A stretch of 64,000 nt of DNA from the NCBI GenBank assembly GCA_965153285.1, contig OZ229115.1, one strand, 5' to 3'. The DNA is from Podarcis tiliguerta (Eukaryota). Positions within the stretch are counted from its first letter, which is position 1, and every line of letters begins with the position of its first letter. The notes beneath the pieces were generated by a model. It did not search any database. It saw nothing but the letters and a program-made list of their open reading frames with translations, and had not been told where the DNA came from. Made by a program: the position numbers and the translations under genes. Of this stretch, positions 49,839 to 62,006 are shown piece after piece.

Positions 49839-49958
49839 GTGAAGTGTGACCAGTACTGGCCAGGCCGTGGTACAGAGACCTATGGGCTGATCCAGGTGAC
49901 ATTGCTGGACACAGTTGAACTTGCCACGTACACAGTTCGGACATTCGCCCTCTACAAG
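49839..49958 (+). CDS. PTPRF: PTPRF D1 exon (KCDQYWP)
   Basis: tgcag| [40 protein letters not shown] |gtaaag; 120 nt. Confidence 0.97.
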
Positions 49959-51284
49959 GTAAAGGAGGAAGGAAAGTGTGGGCAGCCAAGGTCTTGCAAG
50001 AGCGCCCAGGAAGTATCTTTCCCAGAGAGTTACATGAAAGTGCAAGGGCTTATACTGACTCTTTCACAGATGCTTGAAGTGAGAGAACCCATCATCAAAT
50101 ACAGGCTGAAGTGGAAGAGCCATCTACACACATTTCACTCCCAGCCCAGTCTTGCCTTATTCTGCCAAGGAGCTTATTCTTTGTGCATCTTGGCCTTTCA
50201 GTGAAGGCCAAACCATGTGTTCTCATTGTGCTGGTGAACTAACCTGAAGGTTACAATGGCCTGAGGAATTCCGTCTATCTATACAGCTATTAGCCATGGC
50301 TCTCAAAGCAGCTGATAAAATACAGCAAAAAACAAATCACAGTGGGCAGCCAAAAATTCAGCATGAAACAAAAATAGAAGAGAACAGATTGTGAACATAT
50401 TGTGAAAGGAAGTGTATGGAATGAATGAGGAACCACCAGCCAGGTGCCACGTACAGCCCTGAAGCCTCCAAATCTAACCCACAGCCTCCCCTCTTCAGTG
50501 TCGCACACACACAGCAGTAGCAATTGGGCTTGAAACAGCCTTTCGTCTTAGCAGACAATAGTCTGTTTTGAAGCCTTAATGTGGGGGGGGGGGGGGGCAT
50601 GAGTGTGCAGAGTTAGAGAGGAAAGAATTAACCCTCCCTTTCCCAGGTATTGAGGCCCCAACACCCAAAGTTGCCCCCTCCCCACAGAAAGCAGCCTTCT
50701 ATTGGCTCAAATGAGAGGCTGTTTCCAAGAGCAATATTTGTTGAGATTGCAGCTGGGGAGGGAAGAATTAACTGTCCCCTCCCAATCTGCAATCACCATA
50801 AAGGTTGCCTCTTTCCCCTCTGGGAATTAGGCTTTCCCCCCAAGCCTAATTACTTGTAGGGTGGGAGGAGGTGAGTATTAACGTCTGTGTGTGCCATGTA
50901 GGATGGTAGTATGTATTTGCGGTGTGTATGAACACTTGAGAGTATAGTCCTCTCCAGATGTTCAGAATGTGGCTGTATGTGCAGGGAGCAGCTACAGTCA
51001 CAAAAGGCTGCTTACTTCACACAGTCCTCTTCCACAAGTTGGAAGGCATTAAATTTTACCAATTGAAGAGAGCTTTTGTCATCTATCCCTGTTTTGGCCC
51101 ACCCACCATAGGGCTGTGGCCATGAGGCAGTGCAGCCCTTGGGCTGAAACAAAGGGTTTCCCATCCCTGGTGTACAGTTATCCTGAGCCCTGATGTGTCT
51201 GAAGGCATGGGATTTCTAAACCAGAGAAAAAGCCCACTGTCCACTGCACCACCACTAGCTGGCATATTTTGGCTTCTTCCATAG

Positions 51285-51439
51285 AATGGGTCCAGTGAAA
51301 AGCGGGAGCTGCGGCAGTTCCAGTTTATGGCTTGGCCTGACCATGGGGTGCCGGAGTACCCTACCCCAATCTTAGCCTTCCTGAGAAGAGTGAAAGCCTG
51401 CAACCCCCCTGATGCTGGGCCAGTGGTTGTACATTGCAG
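51285..51439 (+). CDS. PTPRF: PTPRF D1 exon (WPD loop, catalytic Cys)
   Basis: catag| [51 protein letters not shown](S) |gtaagg; 155 nt. Confidence 0.97.
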
Positions 51440-51530
51440 GTAAGGACTATCAGTATAAAGGAATGGGAAGGGCCTGCCAGTCGCTGTATTTTGGCAGGGG
51501 TGCACCTGTTGGGATTTACAGTCAGCCTGG

Positions 51531-51542
51531 CGCCGGCGCCGC

Positions 51543-51587
<45 letters not shown>
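51531..51587. repeat. Intronic GCC-rich run followed by (CTG)14
   Basis: 14 uninterrupted GCT units at 51544-51585. Confidence 0.95.
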
Positions 51588-52949
51588 AAGAGCAGTGAAA
51601 TCAGCATTATAGCCCTCTGCTAGCATAAGCAGCACTTTGAAGTCAGTGCCCTTCATCACAACACTTAATTCACTATTTTTACCTGAGAAGCAACAACAAT
51701 ATTTTATAAATTAAAACAGTATGAGAAGCAACATTTCAGAGGGGAATTCTGCATATTTATTATATATTTATTTTATTGCATTTCTATCCTACCTTTTCCT
51801 CCAAGGAGCTCAAGGTGGGGTACATGGTTTTTCCTCTCTCCATTTTATCCTCACAACAACCAATGGCAATAATACTGATGACAGAAACCCACAAATCCAT
51901 CTCACATAAAATGCAAGCATACTTTAGCAGCCATAAAACGTGCAATTATTACTCTGTTATTGACTTGCTTCTATTTCCCCCCTGTACCTGAAGGCTTAGG
52001 CTAGCTACAACATATTAAAATGAACCTTCAAGGTAGAATATCTAACTGAACCACACAGCAAGATGAAATATCCCAGCACCATGCATACACAATTCAGGAA
52101 ACTGTTATGCCTAATCTAAACTTACAGCTCAAACATTCATATTCTGCTAACAAGTATGTGCATTCACAACACAAAAACATATGGGACACCATTCTGCACA
52201 AACATACATATGCCATCTATTTACAGAGCATGACACACCATCTGCATGTGCACTCATATAATCTCTTGCTGCACTTCAGGATGGAAAGAAATGACTGCTT
52301 CAGCCACAAACATTAGTTCACTAGGAATCAGCATCTTATCTGGCCAGTGATTTATCTCTTGTAGCTGAGTGGGAACTATTACTGAACAAACCACTTCATC
52401 ACTGCAGCTCTCACGAACTCCTTAGAAACGGTATTTAATGCTCTCCCTTCATGCTCTGGTTAAGATGGGAGTGGTGTATAATTAACACACGCTCTCTCCC
52501 TATTAAAACCCTGTTAGGAATTTGACATGAGCAGCGGCAAGGAGATGTCCTGCTGTAGAATTCTTAGCTGTCAGACATCACATTTGTTGTTTGTTGGCGT
52601 GTTTTTGGTTGTGCTGGTTTGTGCACTGGGAGCACGACCAAGTTATACACTTCAAAAAGCTCATCTCTGCCTCCACCAAGGAAGATTTGGGTTTGCTGGT
52701 TTTGTAAGAAGGAACATTACTCAGAAAGTGCGCACAGGGTGGGGGCAGAGAGACCATAGTGCAGAATCCTCATTCCATTTGCTCTATTCAGGTGCATTAA
52801 CCTGCCTCTCTGAGGGTTCTTCGGAGAAAGTGTGAACTTGAGGATTATCAGTCCCTGCAGTATGCAGTGGGTTGGGGCAGGGCTTGGTGAAGGCTTAGAA
52901 ATGACTCTGAAGGAAGTACTATTTCATGTTTTGTGCCATGCTTTTACAG

Positions 52950-53235
52950 CGCTGGTGTGGGCAGGACAGGCTGCTTCATTGTAATCGATGCCATGCTTGA
53001 GAGGATGAAGCATGAGAAGACAGTGGACATCTATGGGCATGTGACATGCATGCGCTCACAAAGAAACTATATGGTGCAGACTGAGGATCAGTATATCTTC
53101 ATCCACGAGGCCTTGCTTGAAGCAGCCACCTGTGGAAACACTGAGGTGCCTGCACGCAACCTCTTTGCTCACATCCAGAAGCTGAGTCAGGTACCTCCGG
53201 GTGAGAGTGTCACAGCAATGGAACTGGAGTTTAAG
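52950..53235 (+). CDS. PTPRF: PTPRF D1 end (AGVGRTG, Q-loop) and D1-D2 linker
   Basis: tacag| [18 protein letters not shown]…MVQTEDQY…TAMELEFK |gtgagc; 286 nt. Confidence 0.97.
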
Positions 53236-55235
53236 GTGAGCAGAAGAGCATTTGCAATTTTTCCACATGTCAACACACAGAGTGATCAAGGGGCTGCTCA
53301 GCTGGAACTGGCACCCCTGCCTGTCATCCCTCACAGATCTGTGAGCAACTATGAAGAGTTGATTCTTGGGCTGAAGGGAGATTTTCTAGGGATAATGATT
53401 CTTTTGTAAATTTCTAAACCAGGTAGGAAGTGATTAAAATATATTTGCATTGCAGAGTGAGTGTCCTCGACATTTCCCTCCTAGAATGGCAGCTTCTGGC
53501 AAGGATATAAAAAAGCAGATTGATATGAAGTTCTCAGCAGCATTGCTTTGCAGAGTGGCTGGAGCTGCATCCAAAATCAGATGCAGATTGGGCATTAGTG
53601 GTAATTGATGTCACTATGAACAACTTCGCTGGAAATGCTTCTAGTTTAAATACTTGAGATGTCAACAGCTCCAGTGCCCCCTGCCTTGCTCCACTTGTAC
53701 TTCTCCCTAGTATGGAGGAGGAGAGAGGGAGGGCCACTGTCAGGCTTAGCTGGCATATTGCCTGGTGCAATTAAAGTCCCCTGGTTGTCACAATTGTCTT
53801 TGCTTGCCAGCACCAACACCCACACTTGTGTCGGCTTCACACCAATTTTTTCTTACAGCCTTGATACAGGCTGCAATTTTTGCTAATGCCCACATTCTCC
53901 AATGATGTGCATTTGTACAGCAAAGGCTGGGGGGGGATAGTTCCTATGGGGAAGCAGTGAAGCATGTAGAGTGTGAAACAGACTGCGGAAGCCCCGCTCT
54001 ACCCTGGGAATAGCCTCTTGCAAAACAGCAGCCATGGAGTCAAAATATTGACTTGCTGTGGAAACGGCACAAAGCAAAACAGCATTGCCTCTTTGCTCTG
54101 AACACCGCTCACACTGGAGGTTTTTTGGGGTGGGGATTGGACAAGGCTCTCACCTCCACCTGCACCTATTCCCAGTCCCCAATACTTCCCCAAAGGAGAA
54201 GTGAACAAGTGGGGGGTGCCATGCTGCTGCTCCTGGATTCTGACATCACTGCTCAATGAACATGAGAGAGGTAATGGCAGCAAGCAAGAGCAGCTGCTGT
54301 CACTACTTGCTAGATGGCTTGCTTTGCCCACCACTGGCTTGCTGTCCTCTGCGGGTGAGTGAGCAGAGTGGTAACAGCCTCACAATGAGAAGAGGAGGAG
54401 TTACTGCCGCTTGCTTACTCACTCCAGAAGAGCCAAGGGGAAAGCAGGTGGCAGTGGATGCTGCTCTTCCTTGCGGCTGCCACCACTCCCAAGAGAGATG
54501 ATAGAGGAGACTGGTTGAATTGATACTGGTGAGGAGAGTGAACAGCTGTCACTCAGTGGTAGTGGGAACTAGGCCTAGCCTGCTCCCAGTGCCAACCAGA
54601 GGGAAAGGCAGACATGGAAGCAGGTGGCAGCGTCTGCTTCTTACTGCTGATGCTTATTGCCTGGAAAGTGGAGGCAAGTAGGCAGTGATAATGAGGAGGA
54701 ACAACAGGCCTCTGGCAGTCAGTAGTAGACCTCAACAGATGTCAGCAGCTCAGATTGCAGCCCTGTTTCTGAAAGCAACTTGGTTGTATGTGCCATGCCA
54801 TACATCAGAGCAGGAGCCACGGAGTGAAAGAAGTGGATGGGTAGAGCTGCAGTAAAAATTAAGGGGGAAAGGAATGGAAAGTGAGTTACATGGAGCAAAA
54901 CAGATTCCTAAGTCCTCATACAATTAGAAAGAAACTGGGCAGCACATCCATAAAGGGTCCCCTAACTCTTTCTGGTAGAGAATGTAAAAAATGGTCCTTT
55001 TCCTGCCAAGCAAGGAAGCTGTCCTGCAAGGAGATGAAGCTACTAGGCTAAACAAGGGCTTATCTCCTGGAGCTGTAGAATTAGCACTGAGCAGCTGGGA
55101 ATGGGTGGCATTTATAAAGGACCTGTTGGCCGCAGCTCTTCCTAGAGCTGCTTAGAAGTATATATGGGGCTTGCTTTCTCCTTCTGAGTAGGTCTAATGA
55201 ATGGGAGACACTGCTGGGCTCAACCTGAGTTTCAA

Positions 55236-55236
<1 letters not shown>

Positions 55237-55284
<48 letters not shown>
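55237..55284. repeat. Compound (TC)n(AC)n microsatellite
   Basis: Seen directly. Confidence 0.95.
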
Positions 55285-55285
<1 letters not shown>

Positions 55286-55723
55286 AGCAAGGTCCTGGAG
55301 GAGGGGGTGTCCCAATATTAAAATCCCCTTGAGCTGGATGTTTTCTAAGAAGCAGCCTCTGAAGATAGGGAGCTGTGGAGTTTAACCCACTTGAGTCCCA
55401 GAGTCCCACTCCCTTTCTTCTTCAGAGGTTTGGGTCCTGATGAGTGCTAACAAACGTCTTAAAATACCAATCTCACAAATTTTTGTATTCTGTGCAATAT
55501 CCTGTGCTGAGGCTCCCTCTAAGCATAGGATATTTCAGTCATGGGCCAGAAGTCACCAGCATGAGACAGAAGGCAAGAGTTGCTCAGAAGAGCAAAGTAT
55601 ATGCTTCTAAGCAGGTCAGGAATGATGTTAGAATGAGTGCTAGTAAGGTGCTAATGAGTAAAAGCAAATAATAAGAGCTCCCAGGGGAAGAATACTATAG
55701 AGTGACCGTAAGTGCCCATCTAA

Positions 55724-55759
55724 GACAGACAGACAGACACACACACACACACACACACA
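55724..55759. repeat. (GACA)n(CA)n microsatellite
   Basis: Seen directly. Confidence 0.9.
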
Positions 55760-56169
55760 AGCTTATGTTTTTAGGTGTACAAGTAAGATGTTTTAAAATG
55801 TGCATCTAAAATCTGTAGTGTGAACTTGAAGAACAGGGTATGCTCATCATGGAGTTGTGACTGGTTATAGATCCTTGCTGAGCTTGTCTCTGCATCATGG
55901 GCAAAATGACCCCGCTTTGGTTGAAAAGACATCCTCCCAGGGTCTTGCCTCCTCAGGACCTTTGCCAGGGTAGGCAGGAATTTTCTTCCTTTTCAAGGCT
56001 GCTGGAATGCCCCCTATATTTCAGTCCTGCATCTTTTGTTACCTCGGTCATTAATCTATGTGGCAGAGTGAATAAATGTGTGTACATCATATGGGAGCTG
56101 CTCCTCCCAGAGTAGTTACAACTTCTGTGTGCCCCTGTCCCCCTCTAATCTGTACTTCTCCCCTAACAG

Positions 56170-56348
56170 CTCCTCGCCAACTCTAAAGCACATACCTCAC
56201 GATTCATCAGTGCCAACCTCCCCTGCAACAAATTCAAAAACCGCCTGGTGAATATTATGCCCTATGAGCTGACACGGGTTTGCCTGCAGCCAATCCGAGG
56301 CGTCGAGGGCTCAGATTACATCAATGCCAGCTTTGTAGATGGCTATAG
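56170..56348 (+). CDS. PTPRF: PTPRF D2 exon (KNRL)
   Basis: aacag| [59 protein letters not shown] |gtaatg; 179 nt; absent from the ORF track. Confidence 0.97.
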
Positions 56349-58451
56349 GTAATGTAGTCATTCTAAACAGAGTTTAAACTCTCCTCCTGTGATGTTGCTG
56401 TGCTGCTGCTTCTCTGTGTTCTTTTTTCTTTACCTTTTTTTTTTCAAAAAAAATTGATGCTATTATACAGTATCAGTAGAAATCATAACATTAACCACAT
56501 CCTAAATATTTCAACATTGCATTAATACGTTAAAATAATTTTAAACTGAAGCTTACATCCTTAAATAGGCATCTTAGAATTATCATCTGAAATCTAATAA
56601 ATTGCTAAAATAGTTATGTTCAATATTTAGTTATAAATATATTTATAGTATATAAATTACTTTTAAATTTGAATGTAAGCTGGACAGCTCTGTCTTTCAA
56701 TAAGAGCACAGACAGTAGCCTTTCATTAGCAAACATGGGGCTTTTTTCAAGCTGCCTATTCCCCAGAGCCTGGGATCCTGATAGAAGTTACCTTTTCCCT
56801 CTCAGGCTTTATTAGCCTGGGGGTGACAGGTACTGGCTCCTGCATCCTCAGCTTTTCATTAGCCAAGATACTGCTGGGAACCAACTGTACAGTTCACCTC
56901 CCACAATGGGATTGTCTTGCAAAGTTGTTCACAGTGCTGCAATAACAGCAACTGAAATGCATTCTGTCACTTGAAAGCAAAGAAACAGTGGGAAGAGCAA
57001 ATCTGCCTCCAAAATGGACTTGGGGATCCTTGAGGAGGGCTGCACCTTCTGCATGGGGGCAAAGGAAGCATAGTCCTATAACGTACTCCCTGCCCCCATC
57101 TCCGAGACACCCCATGAGGCTACAAGCTGTGAATTGGTAGTGCAAAAGATATCTTAGGAGAGCATTTGAGTGGCAGAGGTCCAGCAACATGGGGAGGCTT
57201 TTCAGTGCAAAACAGGAGCTGATGCCAGGCCTCTAGGCTGCTGTGCTGGAAACAGAAGAGCAGATGAGGTCCTGGCCACTTATCTGCTACAGATTTCAAG
57301 TGCCCAGAGTGTGTTAGAGCCGCCACCTCCATGTGTCTGGTGCTGCAAGAGAGCTGCTAAGGTTGGGAGGGGGCGCTGGCAAAAATGTGTGCCAAAGCAG
57401 CAGGTGGTAGCATTTCATGTCCTACCTAAACCGTCCCTGCAGGCCCCTGTTTATCTCTTCCCGTCCTTCCCTTTGAAGTGAGCAATCGTTCTCCACTTTA
57501 TCTAAAGAGATCAATTGGCCCAAGGAGCTACAGACGGCTCTGAAGCTGCATCTTTATTAGCGCCTTTGTTTCTGCCACCTCACCTCCCCCCCGCCCCACT
57601 CCTGCCTTTTATGATGTCTTATAAATCCACCTTGGAACAGCTTCCATCTCTGTCCCACACATTACAGCTGTCCTACAACAGATTCATTAATTTTTAGCAC
57701 CAGTGGAGAGATTAAATGAGAGTGGATAAGGCTGAGAGCCTAAGACTACATTCAAGGATCTGCAGTGCCCCATAGTGGTAGAATACAGATGGCACAGGTT
57801 CTCTTTTCAATTTTCTGACTTATTTTCCTACATATCACTGTGGAAACAGGATTCACTGTCTTCACTGGTAGCATATGTCAGGGTCTGTGTATGTATCTGC
57901 TCACTACTGTCTAATTTCTGTGAAGTCAGCAATGTAGCTAGAGTTTTGCAGTGGCAGAAATTCCACCCTTTGGGGTCATGTACAACACACATCCTATACC
58001 AGTGTTTCCTGCACACCTCAAAGGAACTCACACAATTTTACAAAAAGCTTATAATTGTTGTAGCACTACTATGGTATTATATTTCACCCCACATGTGCAT
58101 TTTAGAAGATCCAACTGGTGTAATAACATTAGTTACTCCAACTTATATAATATGCCTCTTTTCACATTGAGTAACTTTGGCTAATTTCTTAGTGCCTTTG
58201 TGTTAATACTCTACTTTCATCAAGGGACCTCTGATAGCCTTATTGATCTCATAGTGGAACAGGTAGTTGTGGGCAAGGACTGCAGAAGGGAGCAGCTAGA
58301 TGCTATCAGAGATCCAGATGTGTGGCACAAGTCCTCCTCTCCTCCCCCAGCAAGCCCTTTATCTAGTTCTCTAGACCTAACTGCTAAGCATCCCCTTTCC
58401 ATCCCAGAAGTGTCAGTCATCTACCACTCTGAAATGTTTGATACCTTGCAG

Positions 58452-58578
58452 GCAGCAAAAGGCCTACATTGCCACACAGGGACCCCTTGCTGAAACTACA
58501 GAGGATTTCTGGCGGATGCTGTGGGAGCACAACTCTACCATTGTGGTGATGCTGACCAAATTGCGAGAGATGGGGCGG
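58452..58578 (+). CDS. PTPRF: PTPRF D2 exon
   Basis: tgcag| [42 protein letters not shown] |gtaagc; 127 nt. Confidence 0.97.
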
Positions 58579-59492
58579 GTAAGCTAGCACTCTCAGCTAC
58601 CAAGTGATGTCTATTCTGGGGCTGTTTCTCCAGTGAGATTCCACGTGTACAGCCCAGTCTTGGGAGCAAATATTTTGCTTTCATTCTCCTAATGCTAGAG
58701 GGGACAGAGCTAAAGGTGAAGCTCATTGCACTGATGTCTTCAGACTGTAACTGTTTTGTGGGAGGGATTCAGTTGCATACGAGTAAATTTAGGTTTGTGC
58801 TATTGAAGTGAATTAAAACTCTTGCACAACAACAAAAATGACTTTTTTGTGGTGATGGGAAAATGCACCAGAAATATAGCAACTGATCGACATGAAGTCA
58901 TATAACCTCCCCACAAACAAATCAGGTGATTGCTGAATAAACAGTGAGCATTGTATAACCTCCTTGTCAGCTTTATTTAAATAAATCAGAATGTATGCTC
59001 AATAAGCACGCAATCTGCAGGAGTCGTCCATCTCCAGCTACATGGCTGACTAGCTCTGCTGGGACCCAGTTGGTGAACAAGTATCCTCTGCAACCATCAA
59101 TGGACTTGATCCCCCTGGCCCGCTCAAACTTTAAGCTGAGCTAGCAGCTTCAGGTTTCTTGCTTTGCCCAGAGCCAGCAAAAAAGGGGCATTTGGGCTAG
59201 AACTGAGGTTTTCTACCTAGTAACTTGGCATGGAAGAGCAGGCTGATTGCTAATCAGGAAGTCATGGGAAATGGAGGCGTACAGGAGCAAGGGGAGTCTA
59301 ATCAATCATATCATGGCAGGAGGGAAGAAATAGATCAGTGTCTTGCTGCGCATATTAGAGCATGGAGTTGTGTGGGTATTGTACTACCCAACAGGACAAG
59401 ATGTCAAAAGGCACCTCACTCTAAAATATTCAAGCTTCAGTCACATCACACATTTTGACTGTAACAATTCTGACTCTTCCTTTGCTTTTCAG

Positions 59493-59618
59493 GAGAAATG
59501 CCACCAGTACTGGCCAGCAGAGCGTTCTGCTCGGTACCAGTACTTTGTGGTGGATCCCATGGCTGAATACAACATGCCCCAGTACATTCTGCGTGAGTTC
59601 AAGGTCACTGATGCCAGG
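59493..59618 (+). CDS. PTPRF: PTPRF D2 exon
   Basis: ttcag| [42 protein letters not shown] |gtgagt; 126 nt. Confidence 0.97.
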
Positions 59619-60004
59619 GTGAGTACCGCACAGCCTACCCTGAATTCCCCAATATTTATTTCCCATTACTGCTCAGAAATTGCAAGTAGCACAGGACAGA
59701 AGGGTTTTGTCTTCAACGTGCATCTGATTGTCCATTGCTTTATCACCCTCTGCATTGGTGTTACTGTGTGTCAAGTGGGTGAGACAGCTGGAAAGCAGAA
59801 GCAAGGATTTCAGTTGTGTTTATATCTACTACACCCTGCTATATAAAACAAAATACTCACTAAGGTGCAAAAGAAATCTGCTTAGGTCGGCTGGGCCTCC
59901 CCTCCTCAAGGCTTTTCTGGCACCAGTAGGAAAGGCCTGACCATGAAGGCTGCCGTGTGTTTTGAGAGGATGCAGTGACTATATCTCCCTTTCACCACAA
60001 ATAG

Positions 60005-60159
60005 GATGGACAGTCAAGAACCATCCGGCAGTTCCAGTTCACGGACTGGCCTGAGCAGGGAGTACCAAAAACTGGAGAGGGCTTCATTGACTTCATTGGG
60101 CAAGTTCATAAAACCAAGGAGCAGTTTGGCCAGGATGGGCCCATCACGGTACACTGCAG
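60005..60159 (+). CDS. PTPRF: PTPRF D2 exon (WPE loop, HC)
   Basis: aatag| [51 protein letters not shown](S) |gtaagt; 155 nt. Confidence 0.97.
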
Positions 60160-60465
60160 GTAAGTTCTGCTGTTTGCTTGTCCGTGGAAGCTGGCTAGGT
60201 GCTGTGTGCCAGTGGTGAGGAGGCTGGGGTCATCAGGGAAAGCTAGATTACTACTGCAGAGATGGCCTCACCTTTCTAGGTATAGAAGCCATTTCCTTCG
60301 TAAATGGCAGGGGAAATCTCTGCTTTGTAGTTTTGAGCACACAAAAACATTGTGGCACATGTAGAGAGATATTTTAGCTTTTGGGAGAGCTTCTTTTGAT
60401 CTTTGTGATCTTTTGATGCTTCAGTTTCCTTTCACTGGGTCTCTTTCTCTCTTCCTTATGTGCAG

Positions 60466-60601
60466 TGCGGGGGTCGGACGCACAGGGGTGTTCATCACAT
60501 TAAGCATTGTACTGGAGCGCATGCGCTATGAGGGCGTAGTTGACATGTTCCAGACTGTGAAGACCTTGAGGACACAACGACCAGCCATGGTGCAAACAGA
60601 G
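60466..60601 (+). CDS. PTPRF: PTPRF D2 exon
   Basis: tgcag| [45 protein letters not shown] |gtaaac; 136 nt. Confidence 0.97.
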
Positions 60602-60811
60602 GTAAACCACCAGCCACATGCTTGCTGCTGCACAGAGGACTGGGGGCAAGCATTTAGGACCAAAACTTTGCTTTCACTTGCTTTCAGTATGGAAAAGGGA
60701 TGTAACTTTCTCTGTAAGTAGGCATATTCCCTATAAATCACATCAAGCAGCCACCAATCTTGCCCCCATTCCCATGTTGATGTGTTCTATGAGATATATA
60801 GGGTATATACA

Positions 60812-61185
60812 ATCTTCTCCTTTGGCGATCACTCATAGCCGGGTAAGATTGTCTTCCATAAACACAGTTTTAACAAAGAGTCCGTAAGTGACTGTGGAGG
60901 CCAATTCTGGATCCACACGTCCTTCCACAGTGGGGACATTGGTTTCTGGGTGGGAGTTGGATCACGGTGTGGATTTGCCAAGAGTGCCTTCCTCTTAGCA
61001 CATTTCTCCCTTGCATCCTGAGTTCGCGTGTCTTCAAAGCCCATGACACCTTTGGTAAAGGCTGTTCTCCAATTGGAGTGCTTGCAGGCAAGTGTTTCCC
61101 AATTGTTGGTGTTTATACTACATTTTTTAGATTTGCCTTGAGACAGTCTTTAAACCTCTTTTGTTGACCACCAGCATTACGCTAA
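60812..61185 (-). mobile_element. 5'-truncated RTE-clade LINE 3' end
   Basis: Minus strand RNAGGQQKRFKDCLK…CPHCGRTCGSRIGLHSHLRT, the RTE C-terminal Cys/His motif; gaag-type tail. Confidence 0.8.
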
Positions 61186-61937
61186 GCTATGACTGGCACA
61201 ACTAGTATCTACAGCATCTTCTGAAGCCTGTAAAAGGCTTTAAAAAGGTGAGACAGCTGGATCGGTCAAGACTGATGAAGCCACATCAGAGCACCTTCCA
61301 GCCCAGATTTCTCACCATGAGTTAAACCCCACTCTGGGTTAGTCCCAAAAGGTAGTCATGGTTATACAGTGCAAAAGAACAGTGCCAGCAAGCATTTGCA
61401 AAGGATTACACATGGCCAGTGGCTATCCTCTGGTTAGAACCCATGCTGTTTTCTGGTCTAACTTGATGGCAGCTTGGATTGGCCTCTCTTTCACCTGATC
61501 AATGCAACCTTTGATTCTGTGCTGTTCTTTGTGTAGTGCAAGGATATCAGAAACAGTGGTTGGATGGGTCGTGAGACGGAGAGCAGAAATCCATAATTCA
61601 TCCTCCTTTTATATAGGACATATTTTACTGGTGCACCATGAGAGTAAATTACATTGCTAAAAATTCAGTATTTGGGTTTCCCATACAGTCAGCTTGCTGC
61701 TCTCCCACCTGCAGTTTAACTGGAACTTCACTCCCAATCTAAGCTTACTGTACTAATCTGAGCAAAATGGCCCCTCTTTACATCAGACGCAGGGCAGGGC
61801 TTGGTGCTAGCCAGCTGCCTCTTTTAGAGTGAGGTGGTGAAGGAGTCCGCTTGCAGGTATTTGCACCATGATGTGACAGAAGTGGTGGTCTCCTTTAGAG
61901 GCTTTTTGCTTATCCCATTCTCTTCCTTCTTCTCCAG

Positions 61938-62006
61938 GACCAGTATCAGCTGTGCTACAGGGCTGCACTGGAGTACCTTGGCAGCTTCGATCACTATGCA
62001 ACGTAA
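61938..62006 (+). CDS. PTPRF: PTPRF last coding exon
   Basis: tccag| [25 protein letters not shown]. Confidence 0.97.
   Translation, partial: DQYQLCYRAALEYLGSFDHYAT

Noticed and set aside
51083-51612. PolyQ (minus) and polyA (plus) ORFs
   Set aside because: Translations of the intronic CTG repeat plus antisense or out-of-frame exon sequence; no independent gene structure.
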